DNA from: Abditibacterium sp.
Lineage (GTDB): Bacteria; Armatimonadota; Abditibacteriia; Abditibacteriales; Abditibacteriaceae
Assembly (NCBI GenBank): GCA_030448265.1
Contig: JAUJNG010000013.1
Location: forward strand, 94,621-158,620
Reading direction: 5' to 3'
Length of the DNA: 64,000 nt
Numbering within the stretch: position 1 is the first letter of the stretch; each line of letters begins with the position of its first letter. The notes below the pieces were generated by a model, which did no database searches, was not told where the DNA came from, and saw only the letters and a list, made by a program, of their open reading frames with translations. The translations under genes and the position numbers were made by a program. This document shows positions 47,889 through 56,041 of this stretch, one piece after another.

Positions 47889-48458
47889 ATGAGGACTTTA
47901 GTTGCGAATGATCCACTTGTCAAAGAATTGATGAAGGTTGAAGGCAAAGCGGAGATTGTGGATGGAAAACTCAAGGAGTTACCAATGACAGGCGACGAAC
48001 CTGGGTATGCGGGCGACGAAATTTACGTTTCGCTTCGTCAACACGCGATAAACACGGGTGAAGGGCGAGCAGTGGGAGATGGGAAAGGATTTATGTGCGA
48101 TTTGCCGCATCGCAAATCTTTTTCGCCCGATGCGGCTTTCTACATCGGGCCAGGTAGCGGCAAGAAGTTCTATCCAATTCCACCGGTTTTTGCGGTCGAA
48201 GTCCGCTCCGAAAACGATTACGGGCGCCGCGCCGATGCTGCTATTCGCGCCAAAATTGCCGATTATTTTGCGGCGGGCACGCTGGTGGTCTGGGATGTCG
48301 ATCTGGACGGTGAAAGCGAAATCATCGCCAAATACAGCGCCAGCGACCCGCATAACCCACAGTTTTTCGGCAGGGGCGAAATCGCCGACGCGCAGCCCGC
48401 CGTTGCGGGCTGGACGCTGCCGGTGGATGCGCTGTTTGCAAGAGAGAGAGGCGCGTGA
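47889..48458 (+). CDS. Uma2/DUF820 endonuclease, copy 1
   Basis: KAEIVDG, SPDAAF, AVEVRS, YFAAGTLVVWDVD. Confidence 0.9.
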   Translation: MRTLVANDPLVKELMKVEGKAEIVDGKLKELPMTGDEPGYAGDEIYVSLRQHAINTGEGRAVGDGKGFMCDLPHRKSFSPDAAFYIGPGSGKKFYPIPPVFAVEVRSENDYGRRADAAIRAKIADYFAAGTLVVWDVDLDGESEIIAKYSASDPHNPQFFGRGEIADAQPAVAGWTLPVDALFARERGA

Positions 48459-49226
48459 AGGCGCGGCAAGCCCATCAAGTGGGCCTTGGCAGGCTCCTTT
48501 CTACAGGGCGAAAGGGTAATATCGAGTTGGAGGCACCAAAATTATGGCGACTTTAGTTGCAAACGACCCGCTTGTCGAAGAATTGATGAAAGTTGAAGGC
48601 AAAGCAGAGATTGTGGATGGAAAAATCAAGGAGTTACCAATGACAGGCGACGAACCCAGTTATGCCAGTGGCAAAATTTTCATTTCGCTGGACATTTACA
48701 GCGAAGCGAACGGCGGGCGCGCGGTTCAAGATGGCGCCGCTTTTCTATGCGAGTTGGCCCATCGCAAATCGTTCTCGCCTGATGCGGCTTTCTACATGGG
48801 GCCGAGGGCTGGCATGCGATTTTTCCCTGAACCACCGGTTTTCGCGGTTGAGGTGCGAAGCGAAAACGACTACGGACGCCGCGCCGAAATCGCCATTCAC
48901 GCCAAGATCGCCGATTATTTCGCGGCGGGCACTCTTGTCGTCTGGGATGTCGATCTGCAAAACGAGGAAGTCGTCGCCAAATACACTTCGCAAAATCCGC
49001 TCGTGCCCCAGGTGTTCCGGCGCGGCGAGACTGCCGACGCCGAGCCTGCCGTTGCGGGCTGGACGCTGCCGGTGGATGCGCTGTTTGCAAGAGAGAGAGG
49101 CGCGTGAAGGCGCGGCAAGCCCATCAAGTGGGCCTTGGCAGGCTCCTTTCTACAGGGCGAAAGGGTAATATCGAGTTGGAGGCACCAAAATTATGGCGAC
49201 TTTAGTTGCAAACGACCCGCTTGTCG
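48399..49226 (+). repeat. 179-bp identical direct repeat spanning the Uma2 gene junctions
   Basis: 48399-48577 is identical to 49048-49226 (offset 649 bp). Confidence 0.9.
48544..49107 (+). CDS. Uma2/DUF820 endonuclease, copy 2
   Basis: Same motifs as copy 1. Confidence 0.9.
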   Translation: MATLVANDPLVEELMKVEGKAEIVDGKIKELPMTGDEPSYASGKIFISLDIYSEANGGRAVQDGAAFLCELAHRKSFSPDAAFYMGPRAGMRFFPEPPVFAVEVRSENDYGRRAEIAIHAKIADYFAAGTLVVWDVDLQNEEVVAKYTSQNPLVPQVFRRGETADAEPAVAGWTLPVDALFARERGA

Positions 49227-49768
49227 GAGAATTGATGAACACGGAGGGTAAGGCGGAGATTGTCGAGGGGAGAATTGTGGAATTTATGTCAACAGGAAAA
49301 GCACCCAACCGTGCGGCGGGACGAATCTATATTTCGCTCGATTCACACGCGCAAAATAGCGACGAGGGCGAAGCCGCGAGCGACAACGCGGGCTTTTTGT
49401 GCGATTTACCCCATCGCGGCTCATTTTCACCGGATGCGGCGTATTATATCGGGCCGGAGAATCCTGATTCGGAGATGGATTTTTTTCCTCAACCGCCTGT
49501 ATTTGCCGTTGAAGTGCGCTCCAAAAACGATTACGGCCCCAAAGCCGAGCGCGCCATTCGCGCCAAAATCGCCGACTATTTCGCGGCGGGCACGCTTGTG
49601 GTGTGGGACGTCGATCTGCAAAATGAGGAAGTGATTGCCAAATACAGCGCCCAAAATCCGCTCGTGCCCCAGGTGTTCCGGCGCGGCGAAATCGCCGACG
49701 CCGAGCCTGCCGTCGCGGGCTGGACGATGCCGGTGGACGCGCTTTTTGCGCGCGCGGCGACAGGCTGA
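49193..49768 (+). CDS. Uma2/DUF820 endonuclease, copy 3
   Basis: Same motifs as copy 1. Confidence 0.9.
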   Translation: MATLVANDPLVGELMNTEGKAEIVEGRIVEFMSTGKAPNRAAGRIYISLDSHAQNSDEGEAASDNAGFLCDLPHRGSFSPDAAYYIGPENPDSEMDFFPQPPVFAVEVRSKNDYGPKAERAIRAKIADYFAAGTLVVWDVDLQNEEVIAKYSAQNPLVPQVFRRGEIADAEPAVAGWTMPVDALFARAATG

Positions 49769-49776
49769 AAACGCAT

Positions 49777-49821
49777 CAATACGCAAAAAAGGACGTCAGT
49801 CCCGCCCTTTTTTGCGTATTG
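49777..49821. terminator. Bidirectional terminator-like hairpin
   Basis: caatacgcaaaaaagg/ccttttttgcgtattg between convergent genes. Confidence 0.7.
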
Positions 49822-49833
49822 CGCTGTGAAAAA

Positions 49834-50880
49834 CTAAAACGTGCGGCGCAGCGAGACGCCGACGAAAGCATCGGTGCTGTCGTCGGTGAGGCCCAGATCG
49901 GCGTTGGCGCGAAAACTGGTGTCGCCGCCGGAGTTGTAGGAAAGCGATTGTGAAAGGTAAGCCACATTTTGCCCCGCATCGAGCAGAAACGGGCTGGAGA
50001 GGCGGTTGGCGTTGAGGCTGGTCGAAACCGAGAATTCGGGGCCGAGCGCGTAGGAAAAACCGATTTCGCCGCCATACGAGGCCGGAAGCCGGAACCGTTC
50101 GCCATTCACGGTGCGCGACAAACCCTGGCCGTAATTCACCGAACCGAAGAGCTGCAACGGCACGCGCAGTTTGCGAAGCGAAAGGCGCACGAAAGGCTGG
50201 TAAAACCCGTTTCCAGTCGGCAGTTCATTGGGCCGGAGTTCAAAAGTGTCTTTTCCGGTTGGCAAAACCAGGCCGAGCGCGATGCCGGTTTCGACGCCGC
50301 GCTTCGATTCGGGCGAACGGCGCTGCACCACGACCGAAACGTCGCCGATGCCGTTGCCGCGCAGTGTCGTGTTGCTGACGCCGCGAAACTGCACCGATTG
50401 GCCCACGAGCGGCACTCCCACCGCGAGGTTGGTGCGCGGGCCGAGCGGATACTCCGCCGAAACGTTGAGAACGCGGATGCGGCGGCGAATGCGGGCTTCG
50501 CGCGGCGTTGGATCGGCCACCACGATGGTCTGGCCGTCGAACCCAAACGACAAATCGGCATAGGTCGTGACGCGGCGCCTGCCGCTTTCGGGAGTTCCAG
50601 CCGGTTGAACTTCGCGGTCGCCGGTGGGCGAAGTCGAAGAGGCGGCGGAAGGGTTGGCGGGCGGTTCGAGCTGCGCCAGCACGACCCACACCGGCCGCAT
50701 CGGGCGCGAACGCCCAAAAGCGGCATCGGACGCGGGGGTGTTGGCGGCGCGCTTGGCGCGCCAGGCGTGCAGTCGCGGCATGAGTTCCTGAGCGGAACCA
50801 GGCGAGGAAAACAGCCCCGTCAGGGCCAGAAGCGGCAGGATGATGCGGCGGGGAAGGGAGCGAGGCGCAAAAGCGAGCAA
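49834..50880 (-). CDS. Outer-membrane beta-barrel 'transporter' (FapF/phenol-MetA-like)
   Basis: TTG start with RBS aagga. GIGDVSV, VLPTGKD, LPTGNG, LGLTDDSTDAFVGVSLRRTF (terminal F). Confidence 0.72.
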   Translation of the reverse strand: MLAFAPRSLPRRIILPLLALTGLFSSPGSAQELMPRLHAWRAKRAANTPASDAAFGRSRPMRPVWVVLAQLEPPANPSAASSTSPTGDREVQPAGTPESGRRRVTTYADLSFGFDGQTIVVADPTPREARIRRRIRVLNVSAEYPLGPRTNLAVGVPLVGQSVQFRGVSNTTLRGNGIGDVSVVVQRRSPESKRGVETGIALGLVLPTGKDTFELRPNELPTGNGFYQPFVRLSLRKLRVPLQLFGSVNYGQGLSRTVNGERFRLPASYGGEIGFSYALGPEFSVSTSLNANRLSSPFLLDAGQNVAYLSQSLSYNSGGDTSFRANADLGLTDDSTDAFVGVSLRRTF

Positions 50881-50890
50881 GGCGATCCTT

Positions 50891-51511
50891 TTAACGAAAC
50901 GTGGGAATGAGTGGAGCGCGCTTAGTTTCCAAGGCGCGGCGCATTTGGGCAAGGTCGCGCCGCGCCTGGGCGAACGCGGCAGCGTTGACCCGTCCATCGG
51001 GGCGCGCCGCGACGAAAACGTAGCCATCCGTGGCGCTGGGTTTGGCGTCGGGCGCAATCCAGCGCTTCAAAAACGCTTTGCGGCTCATTATGATGTTGCC
51101 CACCGCCGGATCGGATAATCCCACTTCCTTGTCGTTGGCTTCCAGAACGACCGCGAAATGCGGTTCGGGATTGAGCATCCGCACGATAACCGGCGTTCCA
51201 AAGGCGCGCAACTGGTTCTGCAGCGTCGCGTAATCCATGCGAAAGCTGTCGGCGTCGCATTTTTTGGCGGCGGCGGCGGCTTCCAGGCCTTTGAGCGAAG
51301 TTCCACTTGTGGGATTGGTGCTGGCCAGCCGCATGATTTCGGCTTCCTGAGCGGGAATGTCGAGATAAAAGGTCAAAAGCGTCGCGAGGGCTGCGGGGCC
51401 GCAATCGGAAGAGGTCGATTGCGTGATGAGGCGCGCGGAGTCGGCGCGCGCGGCGCTGCCCAGCGCGGGCGTGAGCAGGGCCAGACAAAAAACGGCAGAA
51501 AGTCGGAGCAT
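50891..51511 (-). CDS. Secreted stand-alone C39 peptidase (FapD-like)
   Basis: Signal peptide; QSTSSDCGPAALATLL (Gln, Cys), HFAVV (His), DPA. Confidence 0.88.
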   Translation of the reverse strand: MLRLSAVFCLALLTPALGSAARADSARLITQSTSSDCGPAALATLLTFYLDIPAQEAEIMRLASTNPTSGTSLKGLEAAAAAKKCDADSFRMDYATLQNQLRAFGTPVIVRMLNPEPHFAVVLEANDKEVGLSDPAVGNIIMSRKAFLKRWIAPDAKPSATDGYVFVAARPDGRVNAAAFAQARRDLAQMRRALETKRAPLIPTFR

Positions 51512-51674
51512 GAGGGTAATTTTCCCTGAATGGGGCTAAGAGCGCTTCTGTTTCGCAAAACCTGAGACTTTTTAGACGCGCTCTAAGCGTTGTGAAAAAC
51601 CACAACGCCGGCACCGCTTCTTGCGAATCGGTGCCGGCGTGGGGATGGCCAAGGGCCGGTTGAGCGGCGTCGTT

Positions 51675-51971
51675 TTAGAACGCGCGCGGGGGCAGAGCGC
51701 GACCGGTGGGGGTCAGACCATCACCGGCGGCGTGGTTGCGCCAGTTGTCGGCGGGCGTGAAGCCCTGGCCTGGAGGGCCATAGTGTCCGGTGGTGCCGAA
51801 GCCGTAGCCTGGCTTGGAGGGCAGCACGGGGCAACCGCAGTGGCGACCGGTCACATCGACTTTCTCGGTCGCGGTGACCGATTTGGCGCCCGAAACAACG
51901 GCGACTTTGGCGTCGACCTGGGTGGCAGAAGCCAGCACCGTGAGCGCACTGAGAACAGCAAGAACTTTCAT
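51675..51971 (-). CDS. Small secreted Gly/Pro/His-rich protein
   Basis: RBS gggag; signal peptide ending VDA; HCGC and KPGYGFGTTGHYGPPGQG. Confidence 0.75.
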   Translation of the reverse strand: MKVLAVLSALTVLASATQVDAKVAVVSGAKSVTATEKVDVTGRHCGCPVLPSKPGYGFGTTGHYGPPGQGFTPADNWRNHAAGDGLTPTGRALPPRAF

Positions 51972-52243
51972 TTTGTGTAACTCCCTAAACAAGATTTTTC
52001 CCCTCGTCCAAGGGCGAGGTTAGTCCCGTAGTAAACAAAGAATTTGCCATATTTTTAAGCGTGAATCTGCCACGGGTATATTTAGTGGTTAAACGTATCC
52101 ACCCGTTCGACCGCCTGAAAAAAATTCTTGTTCCCATCGAGCGAGACGCGCCTTTGGATTTGCTTTTTTGCTCCCCTGGCGGCATCTATTCTGCATTGGG
52201 GCCTGACCCCTCGTGGGGATGAACTCACCAAGGAGAAAATGAC

Positions 52244-52908
52244 ATGGCACGACTCGAAGGCGAAAAGAAATCCATTTTGCCCATTATTGTGGGCGCACTT
52301 TTGTTCGCAGGACTCGCGGCAGGAGCCTATTACCTGATGGGCAACCGCGCCAATGACGGCAACACCGCCGGCCAAACCACAACCATCGACAACGGCGCAG
52401 GCGCATCCACAACCGATGACGCAGCCGCAACGGAAAACAGCGCCGACAACACGGCAACCGACAACACAGCGACCGACAATGCGATGAGCGGCAACACCGC
52501 GACGGATAACGCGGCGACCGATAACACAGCGACCGGCAACGCGATGAGCGACAACGCGATGTCAACCGACAATGCCGCATCCGGCAACGCGATGTCAGGC
52601 GGTAACGCGATGTCGAGCGGCAATGCGATGTCTTCGGGCAACGCCGCTTCTGATAACGCGGCCAGCGGCAACGCGATGTCCGGTGGAAACGCGATGTCGA
52701 GCGGCAACGCGGCTTCGGCGGGGCGATGAGCGGCAGCGCGACGAACAATGCCACCAGCAGCACGGCAACCGAAGCCAAGGCGAAGCCTCTCGCGGCTCGT
52801 TCCAAAACCATCACCAACGACAAAGCCAAGACGATGGTGACTTATCGCAAAGAGGTCATGCCCAATGGCACTGTGAATCGCACTCAAACCAAAACCGGCA
52901 CATCCTGA
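52244..52908 (+). CDS. Membrane-anchored DNTAT/GNAMS repeat protein, probably one gene split by a 1-nt frameshift
   Basis: TM helix followed by about 17 penta/hexapeptide repeats. ORF 52726-52908 begins MSG and becomes in-frame if the G4 run at 52720-52723 were G5. Confidence 0.7.
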
Positions 52909-52931
52909 GCGAAAACGGTCACTATCCCAAC

Positions 52932-52965
52932 AAAAAACCCCGAACCAAATTGGTTCGGGGTTTTT
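52932..52965. terminator. Bidirectional intrinsic terminator
   Basis: aaaaaaccccgaacca-aat-tggttcggggttttt. Confidence 0.85.
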
Positions 52966-52973
52966 CGTTGCGG

Positions 52974-53138
52974 TTATTTGCAGCAGGGAGCGCAGGTCTG
53001 GCCGCACTTCGAGCAGCATTTGCCCTGGGTGCAGCAGGTGCCGCAGGTTTTGCCTTCGGCGGCGGAAGCCGACACGGCGCCGACACAGCTCGCGGCGAGA
53101 ACGCCCAACAGGGCGGCTTTGGCGATTAATTGTTTCAT
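52974..53138 (-). CDS. Secreted Cys-rich (metallothionein-like) peptide, 54 aa
   Basis: RBS ggagg; signal peptide ending ASA; mature AEGKTCGTCCTQGKCCSKCGQTCAPCCK has 9 Cys. Confidence 0.78.
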   Translation of the reverse strand: MKQLIAKAALLGVLAASCVGAVSASAAEGKTCGTCCTQGKCCSKCGQTCAPCCK

Positions 53139-53181
53139 TTTCAGTCCTCCTTCGGGTTTGGTTTTTCTGACGCGCAACAAT

Positions 53182-53595
53182 TCAACAGGGAGCCGGTGGT
53201 GCGCGACAAGAAAACGCAGATCCAAAGATTCGGCGCGGCGGAGGCGGGTCAACTTCGCCCGCGATGTGGGCGATTCGAGTCGTGGGCGCCGCAAAAAAAA
53301 CAGGAGAAGCGAAATTAGCTTCGGATAGCGCGGAATCGGAGGCAAAATCCGCTAACGCCGTGGGAATCGACGCCCTTTGCGGCGGGAGCGGCGCTGCGAC
53401 CGAGCCGAGGATCCCCACATTCGGAGCAGCTTCGCGGCAACAGTCGCCGCAGGGCATAGCGCACTGCGGCACATTCTGGGCGCACATCGGCGCGATTTCA
53501 TTCCCGATGCAAACGCGCGCTGCCAGGGGCGAAAAAGAGCTGAGCAGCGCAAAAAACGCCGCAAAAATCCAAGTTTTAGCCCTGAAAAATTGCAT
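53182..53595 (-). CDS. Cys-rich exported uORF ending in RAPP (DUF2946/CruR-like)
   Basis: N-terminal hydrophobic segment; C-x8-C-x6-C-x3-C-x2-CC; ends CRAPPAPC*. Confidence 0.7.
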   Translation of the reverse strand: MQFFRAKTWIFAAFFALLSSFSPLAARVCIGNEIAPMCAQNVPQCAMPCGDCCREAAPNVGILGSVAAPLPPQRASIPTALADFASDSALSEANFASPVFFAAPTTRIAHIAGEVDPPPPRRIFGSAFSCRAPPAPC

Positions 53596-53684
53596 AACCG
53601 GCTTAAAACGATATGCGGCTCCCCTCAGCGTTCCCATTGTCGAAAGAAGGGGGCAATTTGACCGCCCCGAAAAATCATTCGGAT

Positions 53685-54497
53685 TCAACGCCGCGCCCAC
53701 AACAAATAGACCTCGAACTGCCCCGCCTCCGGTTCCCTTTCCGTCCAGATTTGGCTCAGGCCGTGATGTTGGAGAAGCTTTCGCATGGCGTCGAGGCGCC
53801 CGTTTTCGTCATGCACTTCGGCCACGATTTGGGTGATTTTGGGCCAGTCTGCGCGGTCTATTCCGGCCAGAACGTCCATCTCGGCGCCTTCCACGTCGAT
53901 TTTAAGCACATCGAGGCGCGAAACGGCCAATTTTCGAAGCTGCGCCGACAACGGTTCGACGGGGCATGTCACAGTGCGCGAGGCGAACAGAATGCGGCAC
54001 AAAACGGCCAGAAAAACCGCGCGAAGCGACCTGGGAGCGCGGCGAAACCAACCGCAGCGCGGCGTGAGTTGGGGATTGTCGAACACACTCTCGACCGCGA
54101 CACGCGCATTTCTGCGGGTTTCGGCAGGAAAGCGGGTCGAAAGCGCGCTCAGAAAGCGAAAATAAGTGAAAGTCGCAGTTTCGCTTCGCTCGCCCAGCGC
54201 CAGGGGGTGAACTTCGATTTTTCCTTTTCCCAGAGCTTTGGCGTTGGCGCGAAGCGCGGCAAATGTGGCGGGCATTGGCTCGAAAGCGTGAACTTTGGCT
54301 CCCATTTGGGCCGCTTCGAGCGCGAACAAACCGATATTGGCGCCGACATCGAAAACCACGTCATCGGGGCGAATTTCCAGGCCATGCGCGAAATAACCTT
54401 GCGCCTGGGCGTGCACGCCGCGCACTTCGTCGCGGTGAACGCACCAGACGCGGCGGCCATCGGGCAAAGCGACACGTTTCAAACGCGTTTTCTTCAT
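53685..54497 (-). CDS. FkbM family methyltransferase
   Basis: VFDVGANIG, AFEP, LKIDVEGAE, EVH; ATGA coupling to cinA. Confidence 0.9.
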   Translation of the reverse strand: MKKTRLKRVALPDGRRVWCVHRDEVRGVHAQAQGYFAHGLEIRPDDVVFDVGANIGLFALEAAQMGAKVHAFEPMPATFAALRANAKALGKGKIEVHPLALGERSETATFTYFRFLSALSTRFPAETRRNARVAVESVFDNPQLTPRCGWFRRAPRSLRAVFLAVLCRILFASRTVTCPVEPLSAQLRKLAVSRLDVLKIDVEGAEMDVLAGIDRADWPKITQIVAEVHDENGRLDAMRKLLQHHGLSQIWTEREPEAGQFEVYLLWARR

Positions 54498-55753
54498 GGC
54501 GAGAGTAAAAAACGGCGCAGGGAATCGAGCGCTGCGAGCGCCGCGCGGCGGCGAATCGCGTCGCGGTCTCCGAAAAACTCGCGTTTTTCGGTCACGACCC
54601 CGTTTTCGTGCGCCAGAGCGAGCCAGACCGTGCCCACCGGCGCGCCGCTTTGCGTTGTTGGCCCCGCTTCGCCGGTTGTGGCCAGAGCGAAGGTCGCGCC
54701 CGTCAACCTTTGCGCGCCGAGCGCCATTTCGCGCGCCACGGCTTCGCTCACCACGCCGTTTTCTTCGATGGTTTGCGCCGCAACGCCCAGAATGTCGCGT
54801 TTCAAATCGGCGTTGTAGGCGACCACGCCGCCGCGAAAGGTCGCGCTCGAACCCGCCGTTTCGCTCACAAATCCCTGCAAAACACCGCCGGTCAGCGATT
54901 CCGCCACGCCCAGCGTCGCGCCGCGTTTTTGCAGCAGATCGAGCGTCACCGAGGGCAAAGTTTGCGCGTCGGAGCCGAAAATATATTGCCCTACTCGCTC
55001 GCGCAAACGCGCTTCCATTTCGTCGAGCAGCTCTTTGGCCTGCGCTTCGTTGCGGGCTTTGGCGGTGAGGCGCAGATGGACTTCGGTATTGCCGAAAATG
55101 AGCGGCGCGACGGTGGGATTGGTGGCCGTTGTTAGGATGTCTTCGACCTGATCCGCCAGACCCGATTCGCCGATGCCGAATGAGCGCAGCACCCGCGACA
55201 CGATAATCTGGCGCTCCCCGCCCATTTTCTGCGTCAAAATCGGGACGATGCCGCCGTCGAGCATCGCCTTCATCTCGCGCGGCACGCCAGGGACGGCGAA
55301 AATCCATTTGTCGCCCACGCCGCGAAACTGCCCCTCGAACTGCACGCCAGGCGCGGTTCCGACCGGATTATGCAGTTCGACGCAGCCTGCGGGCAAATAC
55401 GCCTGGCGCAAGGTCGTATCGCTGATTGGATAGTTGCGCTTGGCGAAAAAAGCCCGCAGATTGGCGGCGAGATCTTCCTGATATTGCAACTCCACGCCCA
55501 GCGCGGCGGCGATGGCTTCGCGGGTGAGATCGTCGGTGGTGGGGCCGAGACCGCCGGTAATCACCAGAACATCGGCGCGTGACAGGGCGCCCTGGATGCA
55601 GTCGGTGATGCGTTCGAGATTGTCGCCCGCCGTTTGTTTGCGGTGCAAATCGACGCCGATTCCGGCGAGTTGAGTGGCGATGTAGGCGGCGTTGGTGTCG
55701 ATTATCTGGCCCAGCAGAAGCTCGGAGCCGACACAGAGAATTTCAGCGCGCAT
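54494..55753 (-). CDS. cinA: Competence/damage-inducible protein CinA (MoCF-like plus PncC)
   Basis: GSELLLGQIIDTN, TGGLGPTTDD, PGVPREM, AESLTGG, TGEAGP. Confidence 0.95.
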   Translation of the reverse strand: MRAEILCVGSELLLGQIIDTNAAYIATQLAGIGVDLHRKQTAGDNLERITDCIQGALSRADVLVITGGLGPTTDDLTREAIAAALGVELQYQEDLAANLRAFFAKRNYPISDTTLRQAYLPAGCVELHNPVGTAPGVQFEGQFRGVGDKWIFAVPGVPREMKAMLDGGIVPILTQKMGGERQIIVSRVLRSFGIGESGLADQVEDILTTATNPTVAPLIFGNTEVHLRLTAKARNEAQAKELLDEMEARLRERVGQYIFGSDAQTLPSVTLDLLQKRGATLGVAESLTGGVLQGFVSETAGSSATFRGGVVAYNADLKRDILGVAAQTIEENGVVSEAVAREMALGAQRLTGATFALATTGEAGPTTQSGAPVGTVWLALAHENGVVTEKREFFGDRDAIRRRAALAALDSLRRFLLSP

Positions 55754-55771
55754 AGGGGATTTCGTTGGGTC

Positions 55772-55852
55772 TGGGATAGAAGAAGGAAAGAAAAGAAGAA
55801 AGGGCATTTCAAAAGGCTTTCCCTTCTTCCTTTCTTTCCTTCTTCTATCCCA
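55772..55852. repeat. Purine/pyrimidine palindromic element
   Basis: 22-bp perfect arms 55772-55793/55831-55852. Confidence 0.75.
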
Positions 55853-55859
55853 AAAAGAG

Positions 55860-56005
55860 GCGCTGCATCTTGCACCTTTGAGAATCTACTCCGCAAGTTG
55901 GTAGTAGCGCCGCGAGGCGCGTTTGTTGTCACTCTGGGCCAAACGCGCCTCGCGGCGCTACTACCAACTTGCGGAGTAGATTCTCAAAGGTGCAAGATGC
56001 AGCGC
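55860..56005. repeat. Palindromic element with 66-bp perfect arms (GTAG-REP core)
   Basis: 55860-55925 is the exact reverse complement of 55940-56005; core gccgcgaggcgcgtttg is shared with the 18634 element. Confidence 0.9.
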
Positions 56006-56041
56006 GTAAATGCGGGGCAAGTATGGCGTAAACTGGGGGCT

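Noticed and set aside
48399-49226. CRISPR array
   Set aside because: Only two 179-bp repeats that overlap coding sequence; there are no short repeat-spacer units and no cas genes. No CRISPR array was seen anywhere in the window.
54494-55753. cinA and the 22.7-kb NUDIX gene as part of the NrtR regulon
   Set aside because: They lie far from nrtR and I found no GTGT-N7-ACAC box upstream of either.
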